From Octopus vulgaris (lineage: Eukaryota): a stretch of 64,000 bases of DNA. The DNA lies in the NCBI GenBank assembly GCA_951406725.2, contig OX597816.1, forward strand, positions 128,836,001 through 128,900,000. Direction: 5' to 3'. The translations under genes were made by a program, and so were the position numbers. Position 1 is the stretch's first letter, and each line of letters opens with the position of its first letter. The notes under the pieces are model-generated. The model had not been told where the DNA came from and did not search any database. It saw only the letters and a program-made list of their open reading frames with translations. Below are positions 42,036-54,599 of this stretch, in pieces.

Positions 42036-42398
42036 TGCAGGAGTGGCTGTGTGGTTAGTAGCTTGCTTATCAACCACATGGTTCTGGGTTCAGTCCCACT
42101 GCTACTATAGCCTTGGGCCAATCAAAGCTTTGTGAGTGGATTTGGTAGATGGAAACTGAAAGAAGCCTGTTGTATATATGTATATGTATGAGTGTGTGTG
42201 TTTGTGTGTCTGTGTTTGTGCCCCAACATTGCTTGACAACCGATGCTGGTGTGTTTACCTGTAACTTACCAGTTTGGCAAAAGAGACCACTAGAATAAGT
42301 ACTAGGCTTACAAAGAATAAGTCCTGGGGTCGATTTGCTCAACTAAAGGTGGTGCTCTGGCATGGCCACAGTCAAATGACTGAAACACGTAAAAGAAT
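42036..42398 (+). mobile_element. SINE family A with a small internal deletion
   Basis: Head and tail match 15570-15975. Confidence 0.9.
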
Positions 42399-42461
42399 AT
42401 ATATACAATATACATTTTAAGTGATTGATATGGAAGACAAAGTGTAACTATAAGCTTTATT

Positions 42462-42567
42462 TAGCACAACAATCGTTTCAGCTGCCTTCTACACTGCTTC
42501 CTAGTGGGTAGGGAATGATGTAATGACATCAGATGCATCGCACAGTGCAGAGAACCTCATCAGGCTA
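42462..42567 (-). ncRNA. Candidate hammerhead ribozyme with long helix II (degenerate)
   Basis: Minus: TAGC-CTGATGA-GGTT-CTCTGCACTG...CAGTGTAGAAG-GC-AGCT-GAAAC-GATT-GTT-GT-GCTA. Confidence 0.6.
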
Positions 42568-42895
42568 TGTAACATGCTTCAAAAGTTATAAAATTTACAT
42601 CTTGCTCCAAGTGATATTAAAGTGTGTATATACAATTTACATATATACACATCTTACCACCACAATCTAGCATACAGCATAATTATCATTCAACAGAACT
42701 CAGATTACCCTAGAAAATTTTAACTTAACAGATACTATGTAAATCCAAGACAAACTTAAAACCTCAATGACGGGTTATCTGACCAAAACTTTGAAGTCAC
42801 TATTTTTATTAAAGAATCATAAATTTGTATTCTACCAAATGTATTGAGTAATCTTTCAATTTAATGTAAAACTGTTTTTACGAAAAAAACATTAA

Positions 42896-42908
42896 TATAC
42901 ATACATAC

Positions 42909-42939
<31 letters not shown>

Positions 42940-43029
42940 TGTATGTATGTATGTATGTATGTATGTATGTATGTATGTATGTATGTATGTATGTATGTAT
43001 GTATGTATGTATGTATGTATGTATGTATG

Positions 43030-43095
<66 letters not shown>

Positions 43096-43101
43096 CACAT
43101 G

Positions 43102-43132
<31 letters not shown>
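42896..43132. repeat. (TATG)n with (TA)n, (GT)n and (CA)n
   Basis: Directly visible. Confidence 0.95.
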
Positions 43133-43133
<1 letters not shown>

Positions 43134-44340
43134 CCAGGCTGAGTCAAATATTTTTTCAGATCTTCATTGATTGTTGGCAACTTGTGTCTCCACGTTATAT
43201 CATTAATTTGATACAACTTGTTGTGCAGTCGTTGCTGAATTGTTTATTCTTTATTTTAAAGCTTTGATGATGAGTGTTGAAAAAATTGCATTTAGAGCCA
43301 TTTTACATTACCTGTGGGGAAAATGGACTGAATGCAAGAGCAGCAGCAGAAGAAATTAATAATGTGGAAAGTCCAAGAATAGTCAATGGACGTGACATCA
43401 GCCTCAAAGCAAACCAAGGTTAGGGAAACCCTCTACTGTGAAAGGCAAGGCCTTACTTGAAATGGTTGAACTACAGCCAAGCACAAGTACTCATATATTG
43501 TCAGCAGAACTTGGTCCTTCAAAAAACACCATCAAATGACACCTTCATAAGCTTGGCCTTGTGAGCAGACACCGTTGAGAAGCCCCTCATGAACTGACAA
43601 ATGACCAGGTTCCACAGTGCATGAACATTTGCAAACAACTGTAGGCAAATCCTCAAGATACTCACTTTTGGCCTCGAATTGCAACTGGGGATGGAAAACG
43701 CATCTATTTTCAAAATTCTATTAAGAGAGATGAATAGTTTCATTCCAGCCAGACTTCAGAACTTGTCAAATAAGGGTGATTTGAACAGAAGGTCATGTGT
43801 GTTTTGTGGAATTTCAAGGGGTTATTGCACTTTAGGCTTGTCCCAGGTGGTCATACTGTAAACACTAGCCTTTATGCTCAATAACTGCAGTGATTATGTA
43901 ATGCTTTGAAAGCCCACTACTCAGCATTATTCAATTGAAGTTGCACACTCCCCCAGCATGACAATGTCTCAGCACACACTTGCAGTGTGACCAAATGCAA
44001 ACTTAAGGAATGCAAGGAGCTGGAATTGCTGCCACACCCTACCTACAGTTCACACCTTGCACTATCAGATTACCACCTTTCCATGAGCTGTGGTTCATTT
44101 TGTGCATGGACAAAGGTTTAACAATAAGAATGTAGAATAAGCTGAAAACAGGCACAGGGAGTTTTGTCTCTACACAAACCAAATGATATAAGCATGGAAT
44201 TGAGCTTCTGGTGTAATGATAGCAACAGACAGTAGAATATGATGGGATTTATTTTGATAGATAAACATTTTCCATATGTAATTTGTCTGAACTATTTATT
44301 AAAGCTTGAAATATTAAAAAATATATTTTACTCATATATA
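43132..44340 (+). mobile_element. Mariner DNA transposon, near full length, pseudogenised
   Basis: TGDGK at about 43684; QHDNVSAHT at about 43954; PHPTYSSHLALSDYHL at about 44032 (compare HPPYSPDLAPSDYHLF); TIR remnants GAGTCAAATATTTT and AAAATATATTTTACTC. Confidence 0.85.
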
Positions 44341-44434
44341 TGTATATATACATGTATATAGCATTTGAAAGATGGATAAACACTGGTCAGCTTGAATTGT
44401 AAATTTATATGGAGTACAAAATACATTTTACAGC

Positions 44435-44663
44435 TTAATCCTTTAGCATTCAAACCAGCCATATCCAGCCAAAATATTCTACCATTTTTATGTTCAATCT
44501 AACCAGATCTGGCCTCTTGTACCTACACTAAAATTCATTTTAAATATAAACAATCACCCTCACCAAAAAGGGTAAGTGTAAGAGGCCAGACCATGACAAG
44601 TTGAACATAAAACAGGTAGAATATTTTGGCCAGATATGGCCAGTTTGAATGTTGAAGGGTTAA
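44435..44663. mobile_element. piggyBac-type foldback MITE
   Basis: TTAA at both ends; inverted arms of about 80 bp. Confidence 0.85.
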
Positions 44664-44739
44664 GGTGATGCCCCAGGATGGTCACAGTCCAATGACTGAA
44701 ACAAGTAAAAGATAAAGATATAAAATATATAACTATAAC

Positions 44740-45062
44740 TGGCACTCCATCGGTTACGACAATGAGGGTTCCAGTTGATCCGACCAACAGAACAGCCTGC
44801 TCATGAAATTAATGTGCAAGTGGTTGAGCACTCCACAGACACAATGTACCCTTAATGTAGTTCTCAAGGAAATTCAGTGTGACACAGAATGGGATAAGGC
44901 TGACCCTTCGAAATACGGTACTACATATTTTTGCCAGTTGAGTGTAGTGGAGCAGTGTGAAAGTAAAGTGTCTCACTCAAGGACATAATGCACCACCAGG
45001 AATTGAACTTAAGACCCAATGATCAGGAGCTGAATACTCCTAACCACTAAGCCACATGCCTT
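44740..45062 (-). mobile_element. SINE family E, full length
   Basis: Minus head GGCATGTGGCTTAGTGGTTAG...AGTTCAATTCC; other copies at 6578 and 21520. Confidence 0.85.
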
Positions 45063-45892
45063 CACAATTTATATTGTTAGATATATTACTGAAGAGCACC
45101 TGTAATTCTTTCTTTTTAAAAAAGCTTGTTCCATTCGAATTCACTCAAAAATATTTATACATATTTTGATGCATCTCTTCCACCATAGAATAAAAATGGA
45201 AGTATTTTCTTATGATGAAAATGTTACAAGAATTTTTTTTTCTTTAACTATTAGTTTACTCAGAGTTTTCAGGTTTGTAAAGAGAAGCAAAGTTAAGAAA
45301 ACAGCAAAAAATTCTTAACCATGTTGATGTTACCAGAATTATAAGAAACAAGCCTAGACAATATGGCAATTTATAACAAAGATATTGAATTTACAGCAAG
45401 ACATGCTGAGAAAAATCAAAGATGATAATGGTAGGTTCCATGTTTGTAGAGGTGGAGAATTTCTGTAAAATTGTTTTGTCTTTTGCTATGGTTGTCACGT
45501 TTTGTTATTACCAGAACAAAATATTGGTATTAAATAAACATTGTGCAAGTAACTTGTTATTGTTGTTGGCAGTGCTATTATTGAAATGTTTGTTGAAATT
45601 TTTATTGTTTCCAATTATATATTACTTTTGCTTTTCTTTTATTAGGCTGCTTAAATCAGATTGCCAATACTTTGCTTATATTTTTCCCTGTGTTATATCC
45701 ATTTTTCTGTGCAAGCATGGATGGCGGCATAATGTTCACAAATTTGTACATTTACATATAATTTTACAGACGGTTTCCCTTTTTGCCACATATTCAAAAA
45801 TGAAGTTTGAATGGAATATTTTTGTCTAGCAGGGAGGCTAAAACATGGGAATTTATATGGCTTAGACAAAAATACATAACAATATAGGCATA

Positions 45893-46680
45893 GACATGGC
45901 TGTGTGGTAAGAAACTTGCTTCCCAACCATGTGGTTCTGAGTTCAGCTCCACTGCATGGCACCTTGGGCAAGTGTCTTCTTCTATAGCCTCAGGCCAACC
46001 AAAGCCTTGTGAGTGGATTTGGTAGATGGAAACTGAAGGAAGCCATTATATATTCTTTTACCTGTCTCAGTCATTTGACTGCGGCCATGCTGGGGTACCA
46101 CCTTTAGTCATATAAATCAACACCAGGACTCATTCTTTGTAAGCCAAGTACCTATTCCATTGGTCTCTCTTGCCAAATCGCTAAGCTACAGGGATATAAA
46201 CACACCAACATCAGTTGTCAAGCGATGGTGATGGGGTCAAATACAGACACACAAACATATATATATATATATATATGACGGGCTTCTTTCAGTTTCGATC
46301 TACCAAATCCTCTCACAAGGTTTTGGTTGGCTTGTAGCTATAGTAGAAGACACTTCCCAAGGTGCCATGCGGTGAAACTGAACCCGGAACTATGTGGTTG
46401 GGAAGCAAGCTTCTTACCACATAGCTACACCTGCACCTATATGTATATATCTATGTGTATGTGTCTTTGTGTCTGTGTTTGTACCCCACCTCCATCACTG
46501 CTTAACTACTGGTGTTGTCATCCCCTTAATTTAGCAGTTAAGCAAAAGAGACTGATAGAATAAGTAATAGGCTTAAAAAATAAGTCCTGGAGTCAATTTG
46601 TTTGACTAAAACCCTTCAAGGTGGTGCTCAGGTATGACCACAGTCAGATGACTGAAACAAGTAAAAGAATAAAAGAAAGA
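45893..46680. mobile_element. Family A SINE (+) with a second family A SINE (-, 46055-46435) nested in its centre
   Basis: Order is head(+), tail(-), head(-), tail(+). Confidence 0.85.
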
Positions 46681-46827
46681 ATACCTGGGGATAATTTGAA
46701 CTCCTAGCATTGTAATCAGGAGTCCAGAAACCTTATCACATTATAGATATACCTTTCTGGTTATCATATCTTTCCACTATTGTTGTTCTTTGTTTGGCAA
46801 ATGATAATCACTTATAAAGAAAAGGCA

Positions 46828-47630
46828 CAGTAATACCTCGCTTTACAAGGACCTGCTTTATGAGACCCCAGGTTTACAAATTTTATTTTTCAAGCACAAG
46901 ATCCAAATTTTGAATGAATTACAAAAGTTTCTGTCTCCATAACAAATGCTTCTGTAGGTTACTGAGAAATTTATAGAGAGCAAAAAATTGTTTCTCCTAA
47001 GCAAACAAGTCTAGACTCGTTTTTTAAGAAGAAATCTACAAGTCAGTCAATAAGTGCTTGTGAATTGGTGACTGCATCTACAAGTGATGGTGTACACAAG
47101 TCTAGTGTGAGTGAAAGTGATTCAGAAAACAATTATAATATTTTTTATTATAAATGATCTTGACATTATTTTTACTTTACATAAAATATTCTTTACATTC
47201 TACTGTTATTGTATTGCTATTTATTTACAAGTATTATAAATTTTTTTGGTAAAATTTTTTTCTGGGAATGGATTATGATCTATAACATTGCTGCTACAGG
47301 AAATTATTGCTCTGCTTTATGAGTTTTCACTTCACGAGCAGTCTCTGAGAACAAATTAACTCGTATATTGAAACATTAGTTACTTCTTTATTACCCACAA
47401 GGGGCTAAAGATAGAAGGGACAAACAAGAACAGACAAAGGGACTAAGTCGATTACATCGACCCCAGTGCATAACTGGTACTTAATTTATCAACCCCGAAA
47501 GGATGAAAGGCAAAGTCGACCTTGGCGGAATTTGAACTGAGAACGTAGCAGCAGACAAAATACTGCTAAGCATTTCGCCCGACATGCTAACATTTCTGCC
47601 AGCTCGCAGCCTTATATTGAAACATTACTG
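46828..47630. mobile_element. Pogo/Tigger-like non-autonomous DNA transposon
   Basis: Left CAGTAATACCTCG, right ...AACATTACTG followed by TA; right TIR interrupted by a SINE. Confidence 0.6.
47379..47612 (-). mobile_element. Young family B SINE with 15-bp TSD
   Basis: TATATTGAAACATTA at 47364-47378 and 47613-47627. Confidence 0.92.
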
Positions 47631-48619
47631 TATATGTAATTCTCCATTCATCTATAATACAAGGTCTAAAGCTGACTGTGCAGGAGATTTTATCGCTTAG
47701 GTATGGTTTTTCACTGAACTTTTGAATTTTGGAGAATATCATTTGAAAATAGTTTATAATCAATTTTTTTTTGTATACTTCAAATAAATAAATTCTGGAT
47801 TATAACTCATGTTCCATATGATAATATATCACATCTATTTATTTATTTTTTCTCTGTAACTTTTGAATTTAATGAACTATCAGAATGAGCATGATGGGGA
47901 GAGAAATTAAGTATGAAAAGGAAAGTAAGAAAGAGAGAAAATAAGACAAACAGAGAATGACAATAATTAGATGAAGTGAAAGGCAGAGTAAAGGAGAGAG
48001 GTAAACTAAATATGTAACAGTAAGAGAAAGAGTGTGCAAAAAATTAAGAAAGAGAACTTGATAACTAGATTTAGTCAGAAGAGAGACAAACAGAGACAGA
48101 CAGACAGAGAGATAAGCAAGACTATGCAGCGGACGTTTGGATATCATCATTTCAAATCAGATTATAATACTCTTTCTCTCTCTCCCTCTCCCTTCCTCTC
48201 CCTCTCCTTCTTCCTCCCTCTCACTCTTTTTCAAGTGTATCTTAGTAAATAAATGATTGTATGTTCAATTGAAAAGCTCAAATGTTCCAATATCCATATC
48301 AACTGGCTGGATACTTAGTATTGAGTTAACAGTAGGGTAAAATAACCCTTAGTTGTCATTTAATGGTTGTATACTGCAAGTATGTACACACACACACATC
48401 ATATATATATATATATATATACATATACACACACATCATATATATATATATACACACACATACACATAGGTGCCAAATTTAATATAAACTGTAGAGCCAG
48501 GTAGGTTCCATGGGTGGCATATGTATAAAAGAGGAACATAACTATTGTTCAAAATTCACAAAAACTGTTTGGTTAATATGTCATCTTCTGATCTTACCTT
48601 GCCTGTTTAATCACTTAAA

Positions 48620-48702
48620 ATTTACCTGATGATGTTAGGTTTTTGCAATTGCATAATCTGAGACTGCATCAATAAAATGCTACTGAAACAGCTGTTGTGA
48701 AT
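48620..48702 (+). ncRNA. Type I hammerhead ribozyme, core intact, helix II weakened
   Basis: ATTTAC-CTGATGA-TGTTAG...CTACT-GAAAC-AGCT-GTT-GTGAAT; 6-bp helix I; palindromic ACAGCTGT helix III. Confidence 0.75.
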
Positions 48703-48727
48703 GTTGAACCTCGCTTGGTGCCTTCTT

Positions 48728-48761
<34 letters not shown>

Positions 48762-48867
48762 TATACATATATACACATGACTTTTTTCTATTCCTGAGTG
48801 TTATACTAATAAATCTGTTTGTTTTGTACACCACCTGTCTTCGTCTTTTGTTTTTTTCATAAACTCT

Positions 48868-48902
<35 letters not shown>

Positions 48903-49177
48903 CAAAGTCTTATACCACTACACTTCCATACTTGCACACCTCCACATAGCAACACATATCCCAAGAAACCATACATACATGCACATATACACCTCCTTTT
49001 TTGCTCATCCCTATACATGGATAGCTTCCAACATATACACATGCCTCCTCCTCGTACTCCTTTCCTTACCCCCATTCATACAGCTGCATTCTTATCTAGT
49101 CTCTAACTCCTTTATTTTTGTTTTCTCCTGCCACCTTTTCTCATTTTCCTCCTCGTTTATTATTTTCTTTTCACCCT

Positions 49178-49214
49178 TTCTCCTGATGAAGGACTATTGT
49201 CCAAAATGTCAAGA
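49178..49214 (+). ncRNA. Minimal hammerhead ribozyme relic
   Basis: TTCTC-CTGATGA-A-GGAC-TATT-GTCC-AAAA-TG-TC-AAGA; equals GTCCGAAACGTC after two CpG transitions. Confidence 0.7.
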
Positions 49215-49329
49215 TTCTTTTCCCTTCTTTTTAAGTGTTGAGCTAATGTACTTGTCCCTCTAGTGTTATTTTCTTTTTTGTGCTCATTACTTTCTTTATA
49301 TATGCGTGGGAGGGTTGTATGTATTCCTC

Positions 49330-49441
49330 TCACACACATACATATATATGTCTGTGTGATATATACATATATATAAAAATATATATAGATGTGTGTGTGT
49401 TTGTGTACGTGTGTATATATATATATATATATATATGTAAA

Positions 49442-49476
<35 letters not shown>

Positions 49477-49772
49477 GCATACACACATATATTCATATAT
49501 ATATATTCATATATATATATATATATATATATATGCATACACACACATATTCATATATGTATATATATGTGTGTATGAATATATGTATATGTATGTATGC
49601 ATATGCATGTATATATGTATATATGTGTATATATGTATATATATATATATGTATATATATATGTATGTATATATGTATGTATATATATGTGTGTATATAT
49701 GTGTGTGTGTGTATGAGTGTGTATGTATGTATATATATACACTCACACACAAATGTGTATATGTGTGTGTGT
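49330..49772. repeat. (TA)n/(TG)n compound microsatellite
   Basis: Directly visible. Confidence 0.95.
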
Positions 49773-49899
49773 CTGAGTATTGTATTACATTAGGTCCTTT
49801 TGTGCTTAGCAATCATACTATTCAGTTTTGATGTTTCTATGCAATGTGAATTTTGTAGGAGTGATCTCCTTCATTGTCAAAATCTTGTTACAATTATAT

Positions 49900-51745
49900 A
49901 TTATTGCCTTTTCTCATCATGTATCTTGAAATGCAAACTCCACTAAAAATAGGAAATGGTATGTGCAGTCATTCAAGGAAGAATGGTTGCAAAATTCCAA
50001 ATTTGAGGATTAGCTTCAACAAGATAAAAGTGAAGAAGCTAGGAACTGTAAACACTGCAATGTTACTCAGAGAAATACAAATAAATTCATACTAATGAAA
50101 CACAAAACTTCTGTCACACAATACAAAATACTTTGATGTGGTTAAATCTAATGTTGATATTTCTCAATTCACTGTGGAAAAGAAGTCAATGGAGAATGAA
50201 CAAACAGCCAAAGTGCACAGCTTATTGCTGACTATTGTTGAACATAACTTTCCCTTGGCAAATGTTGATCATCTTCTGATGGTATGCATGAGAATATTTC
50301 TGGACTGTAAGATTGCTGAAAAATTACAGTGAAAGGAATAAAACTTTTGTATGATATTCAGGCATGAATAGCCTTTCATGAGTGATGAGTGATGAGTGAT
50401 AGTGATAATGAATCTCTGTAAGACATAAAAGTATTTTTTATCATGAGTGATGAAAGTACAGACATCTCCTTTTTATTTTTACTGTATTTGAGAGTTTCTT
50501 GGTTCTGAATAAGCATGAGGTCGTTGATACATTGTTAAATACAGTAGTTTTCAAAAATGGAACAGCGCTTGATCTTAACAATTATGTCAAACCTACCTTG
50601 TATAAAAGAAATATTTCTCTAAGAATCATTGTTGGATTCACAAGTGATAAACGTTTTTTTCTATAACAGGCACCAAAGAATAGGTTCCAGAAATTATTGA
50701 AAGATGATGTGGCTTCACTTTTACTATGGGAACGTGTTATTCTTTTGCTCTTTCTGCTAGTCCAGCTGTCAATGTATCATTCTCATATACAGAGGCTTTT
50801 TTTCTTGGAGTAGCAAGAAACAATGTAAATTTTCACTTATTCAAGAAGTCATTCTGATAACTCACCACAAAATACCTAAACTTGCTTAAACAAATTGGGC
50901 TTCTTGAGAAACAGTTATTACAATTTGATGTTTTACTTCTTTATTTCTGAAGTGAATCAAAAGTTGACAAAGGGGATGCTGCAAAGAAAACTTATAAGGC
51001 ATGAAGCAATCGTGGAATCAAGTGCATGCTTACTTTTCCTTCAGAAAGTGAATTTACCGAATGCTGAGTTCAAACCTGAGCATTTCAAGCTACTTTATCT
51101 GTATTTATTGACATTATCAGAATACAAAACTCTCAAGTTCTTCTATTAAAGATTAATTAAGGAAAAAATTTAAATTTTAAGAAACTAACCCAAGCAATGA
51201 AAGTAATCACAAAAATAATAATGATGTTTACTTGCAAAGAAAGACAATAGCTCATTTTATTAGTGAGCCTTTTGTTGATGAAATCATGTTAGAAGATTTA
51301 AAACTGAATGTCAGCAATTCCCAGAGGAAATTTGTATTCAAAGAAGACTTCCTTCTGTGAAGATGGAATCATGTTAAGTTAAAGATAAAAGACCCAAAGG
51401 TAGCTTATGATCACAGCATATCTCCAACATCTATCATTTTGCAAACTGTCCATTTCCCAATCACTGTGCCAGAAAGCAGTTTAATGATCTTGAGGATCAC
51501 TGAAGAAGTAATTATTTAATGGAACACAGTTTACCAATCTCTATAGAAAATATTCCTGAAAACTGGTACAAATTGAAAGATATAAAAGATGACTTCATAA
51601 GTCAAAATGTTTTTTAATCCAATTTTATGCTAAATTTAAATATTTTGTTCATCATTTGCATGTGCTGAAAAAATATCTATTCTACAGATCTGTGTCAAAA
51701 CAAAAAAATATTAATTCTTTAAATGCAGAGACTGTAAAATATACA
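49900..51745 (+). mobile_element. Decayed hAT-superfamily transposase
   Basis: FLDCKIAEKL; IMSDESTDIS at about 50440; IVGFTSD at about 50628; KIPKLA*TNW (TRW motif); SLNAETV at about 51716. Confidence 0.75.
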
Positions 51746-51769
51746 TGTATGTACATTATGATAATTCTT

Positions 51770-52985
51770 ATTTAATTTCAGTCTACCCTGCTGGCATGAG
51801 CTGGATCATTTGATAGGAGTAGACAAGCCAAAGGAGTATGCCAAATATTTGTTTTGCCATGTTTTCTACAATTGAATGCCCTTCCCAATGGCAATCCCTT
51901 TATAAAATGCCCTGGACATAGATCAGATCACCAAGCAAATTGCTAGACAAGCCTTTTTGACTGGGTCGAGTTGTAGTAGAAAGAGAGAGAGAGAGAGAGG
52001 TGATTTTATGCAAGGTGTTGAGAGGCTAAAGTATGGTAGAGGGACTGGAACAGGTGTTGTTGTAAAGGAGATATGTGACTGCCTCAGCTAGAAAGTGATA
52101 TAAAGATGGTAGTAAAGTGTCTAGGTGTACTCTCAAGGTTCAAGAAAATGAATGCAAGAGATAATAGGGACAGAGGATCAGGAAGAATGGGTGGGTAAGC
52201 TCACAAAAGGGTATAAGAATAGTGGCAGATGGATAGAGGTTGGGATGGAGGTGAATGCAGCAAATGCTGAGGAGTAGAGGCAGGGTTAGTTGTGAATATC
52301 AGTTTGAGGAGGAAGATGAAAGAAATAGGAGTGTGTCAGAGAGAAGGAGGTGATAAGTAGCAGTAGAAAATGGTGGGGCAAAGAGCAGTAGTATAACACA
52401 CTATATACTACTATATATAGTATATATATACTACTATAAATAAATGAGAAATAGAGAAGTGATGTGAAGTGTAGGAGGGAAAGAGATATGTACAGTGACA
52501 GAGATTGAGGTCAATGGTGCAAAGGGATGGATAAATTGGATGATGAACGATGAGGAGGAGGCTGTCAATAACAGATACGAAAGGGTGTTAAGAATGAGAT
52601 ATAGAAGCCACAAGATATAGCTTAGGAGAAAAAAAGATGTACAGTGGAAAATAAAGCATGAAGTGATGATATTGAGAATGAGGGATTAGCGACCAAAGGA
52701 AGTGATTCAAAGAAGAAGGATAAGCTGGACAAAAGGTGATGAAATTCACACAGTTCTGCTCTCATATAACCACATTAGCTCCAATAGAGAGAAGAGTGAT
52801 GGAGGGATGGGAGGTAGGAAGATGAATTGTGGGGAAGGTTTAACAGTACAGATCAGGTGCAGGAGCATAGACATAAATTATATACTTTTAGGAGCTCATT
52901 TTTACTGATACATATACATCTTCTTGAGCTAACAAATTATCATTCATATTGATCCTTTGTCATTTCCTCTGTGAGGCTCAACATC
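51770..52985 (-). mobile_element. RTE 3' end with long pyrimidine-rich 3' UTR
   Basis: TTTGTCATTTCCTCTGTGAGGC (52956) also occurs at 1988; TTTCTACA..ATGCCCTTCC (51863) matches 1493-1515. Confidence 0.6.
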
Positions 52986-53021
52986 CATATGCAATGTGTT
53001 TGAGGATGATGAATGGATTGG

Positions 53022-53073
53022 ATGGATGCTGATGAAGGAGCAAAAAACCCCAAAATATAGCGTATACGCCCAT
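53022..53073 (+). ncRNA. Type I hammerhead ribozyme relic
   Basis: ATGGATG-CTGATGA-A-GGAG(CAAAAAA)CCCC-AAAA-TAT-AGC-GTA-TA-CGCCCAT; all three helices recognisable; G12 changed to A. Confidence 0.75.
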
Positions 53074-54599
53074 TACCCATTTTACATCTTCAATCTCATT
53101 GTTTGTTTGCATCTGATGTCTCATCTACAAAACGTTGTAGCAAAAATCAGTGCTGGCTATAATTTCCATAGAATAGCTGTAGAAATAACTTTAACAAAAT
53201 AATGTAAAGCGCACTGCTAACACAGTAGAATGTGATATTGATTTATAAAAACGTTTCATATGCTTTATAGTATATTATGGTTCTGTAACAAAATACCACA
53301 TACCTTCAAATCATTAGAAAGCTAAAGGGTCCTGTTTTACAGTATCTTGTAGGCATCTCAAAATTCTGAGCTCAAATTTTTGCATAGACATGTCTGCATT
53401 TCACTTTTTAGTGTTAATGTTATAAGAATGAATAATATATTCATGGTGAATTTTCTGACACTGGCTCCTCTTCAAAAGAGACGTTCTGTCTAGAAAAGCA
53501 GTGTAAAGGAAAATGCTAGCAGAAATCTTAGTAGTAACAGATTTATCTCCCTTCCTTTTGCTCTCACGGGTGACTGGGCAACAATATCCTAACTACACTG
53601 GCAACGATTCATAAATGAAATTCATTTCAATTGAATTCATTGCTCTTCTATTTACCAGCTTCAACTAAAGTAAGCAGAGAAAAGCTGAATACTGATGGAT
53701 GGCTAATACTGTAAATACCCATTCAGGTATGGAACATGTCAAGAATGCCAATGACCAGTAAGGAGGAATGAATGCTTGATGCCAACGAAAAATGACATGA
53801 TATATGCTCATGCCGGATTCCAGAGAAGAGTTTCTTTTGAAATAAGAACATCATTGTTAAGAAAGAGGGGGGAAAAAAATATTGCCACAGACAGAAACCA
53901 CTTAGAAATATATAGCTCAATGCACAATAACTTGGTAACTATGGCAACAACAGGTGTCCAAGACTGCTAAATGCATACAGTACAGAGAAAAGAAATTAGT
54001 CTCCAAGATATTATTTTCTATCGAGAATAGTTTTTAAAACATAAACTTGCTTACAACAAGTGTATTGTTGTAGTGAATTATTATTCAGCAAAGGTTTGGA
54101 ACATACAAAATGTGAATTAATTTTTTAAAAATAGATATTTTACAAGAATAAAATATATTCATTACAATAATTTTCCTCTTCAGGAATGAAATTATTTTTA
54201 AAAAAGAGAAAGAAGCAACTGGGGTTTGAAAAGGTTGAAAACCAGTTTAGTAATAATAAAAAAAAAAAAAAAAAATAATAATAATAATAAAATGTGAATA
54301 TAAAACATTAATACTAATAATATAAGCAACATTTTGCGTACATATGTGAGTGTGTTTGGTTAAAATTTTTTATTAGTATTAGATTTCTGTTTTCTATACA
54401 GAACATTAGCGAGTTTCAACTCACTGGATTCTGAGTTCAAACTCATCCAAACTCAACTTTGCTTTTCAGATCTACAAGAGTGTTGCAGGTATACAATTAT
54501 GATCCAACTGACTGTAGCAGCACCATTTAATATTCCTAGCTCTGTTGTAATGTGAGAAATTAATATTAGTTCTATGGAGAAAAATACCATTGAGACAGC

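Noticed and set aside
45089-45112. CTGAAGAGCAC..CTGTAATTCTT, similar to the start of the 62.5-kb HHR
   Set aside because: Short match with no 3' half
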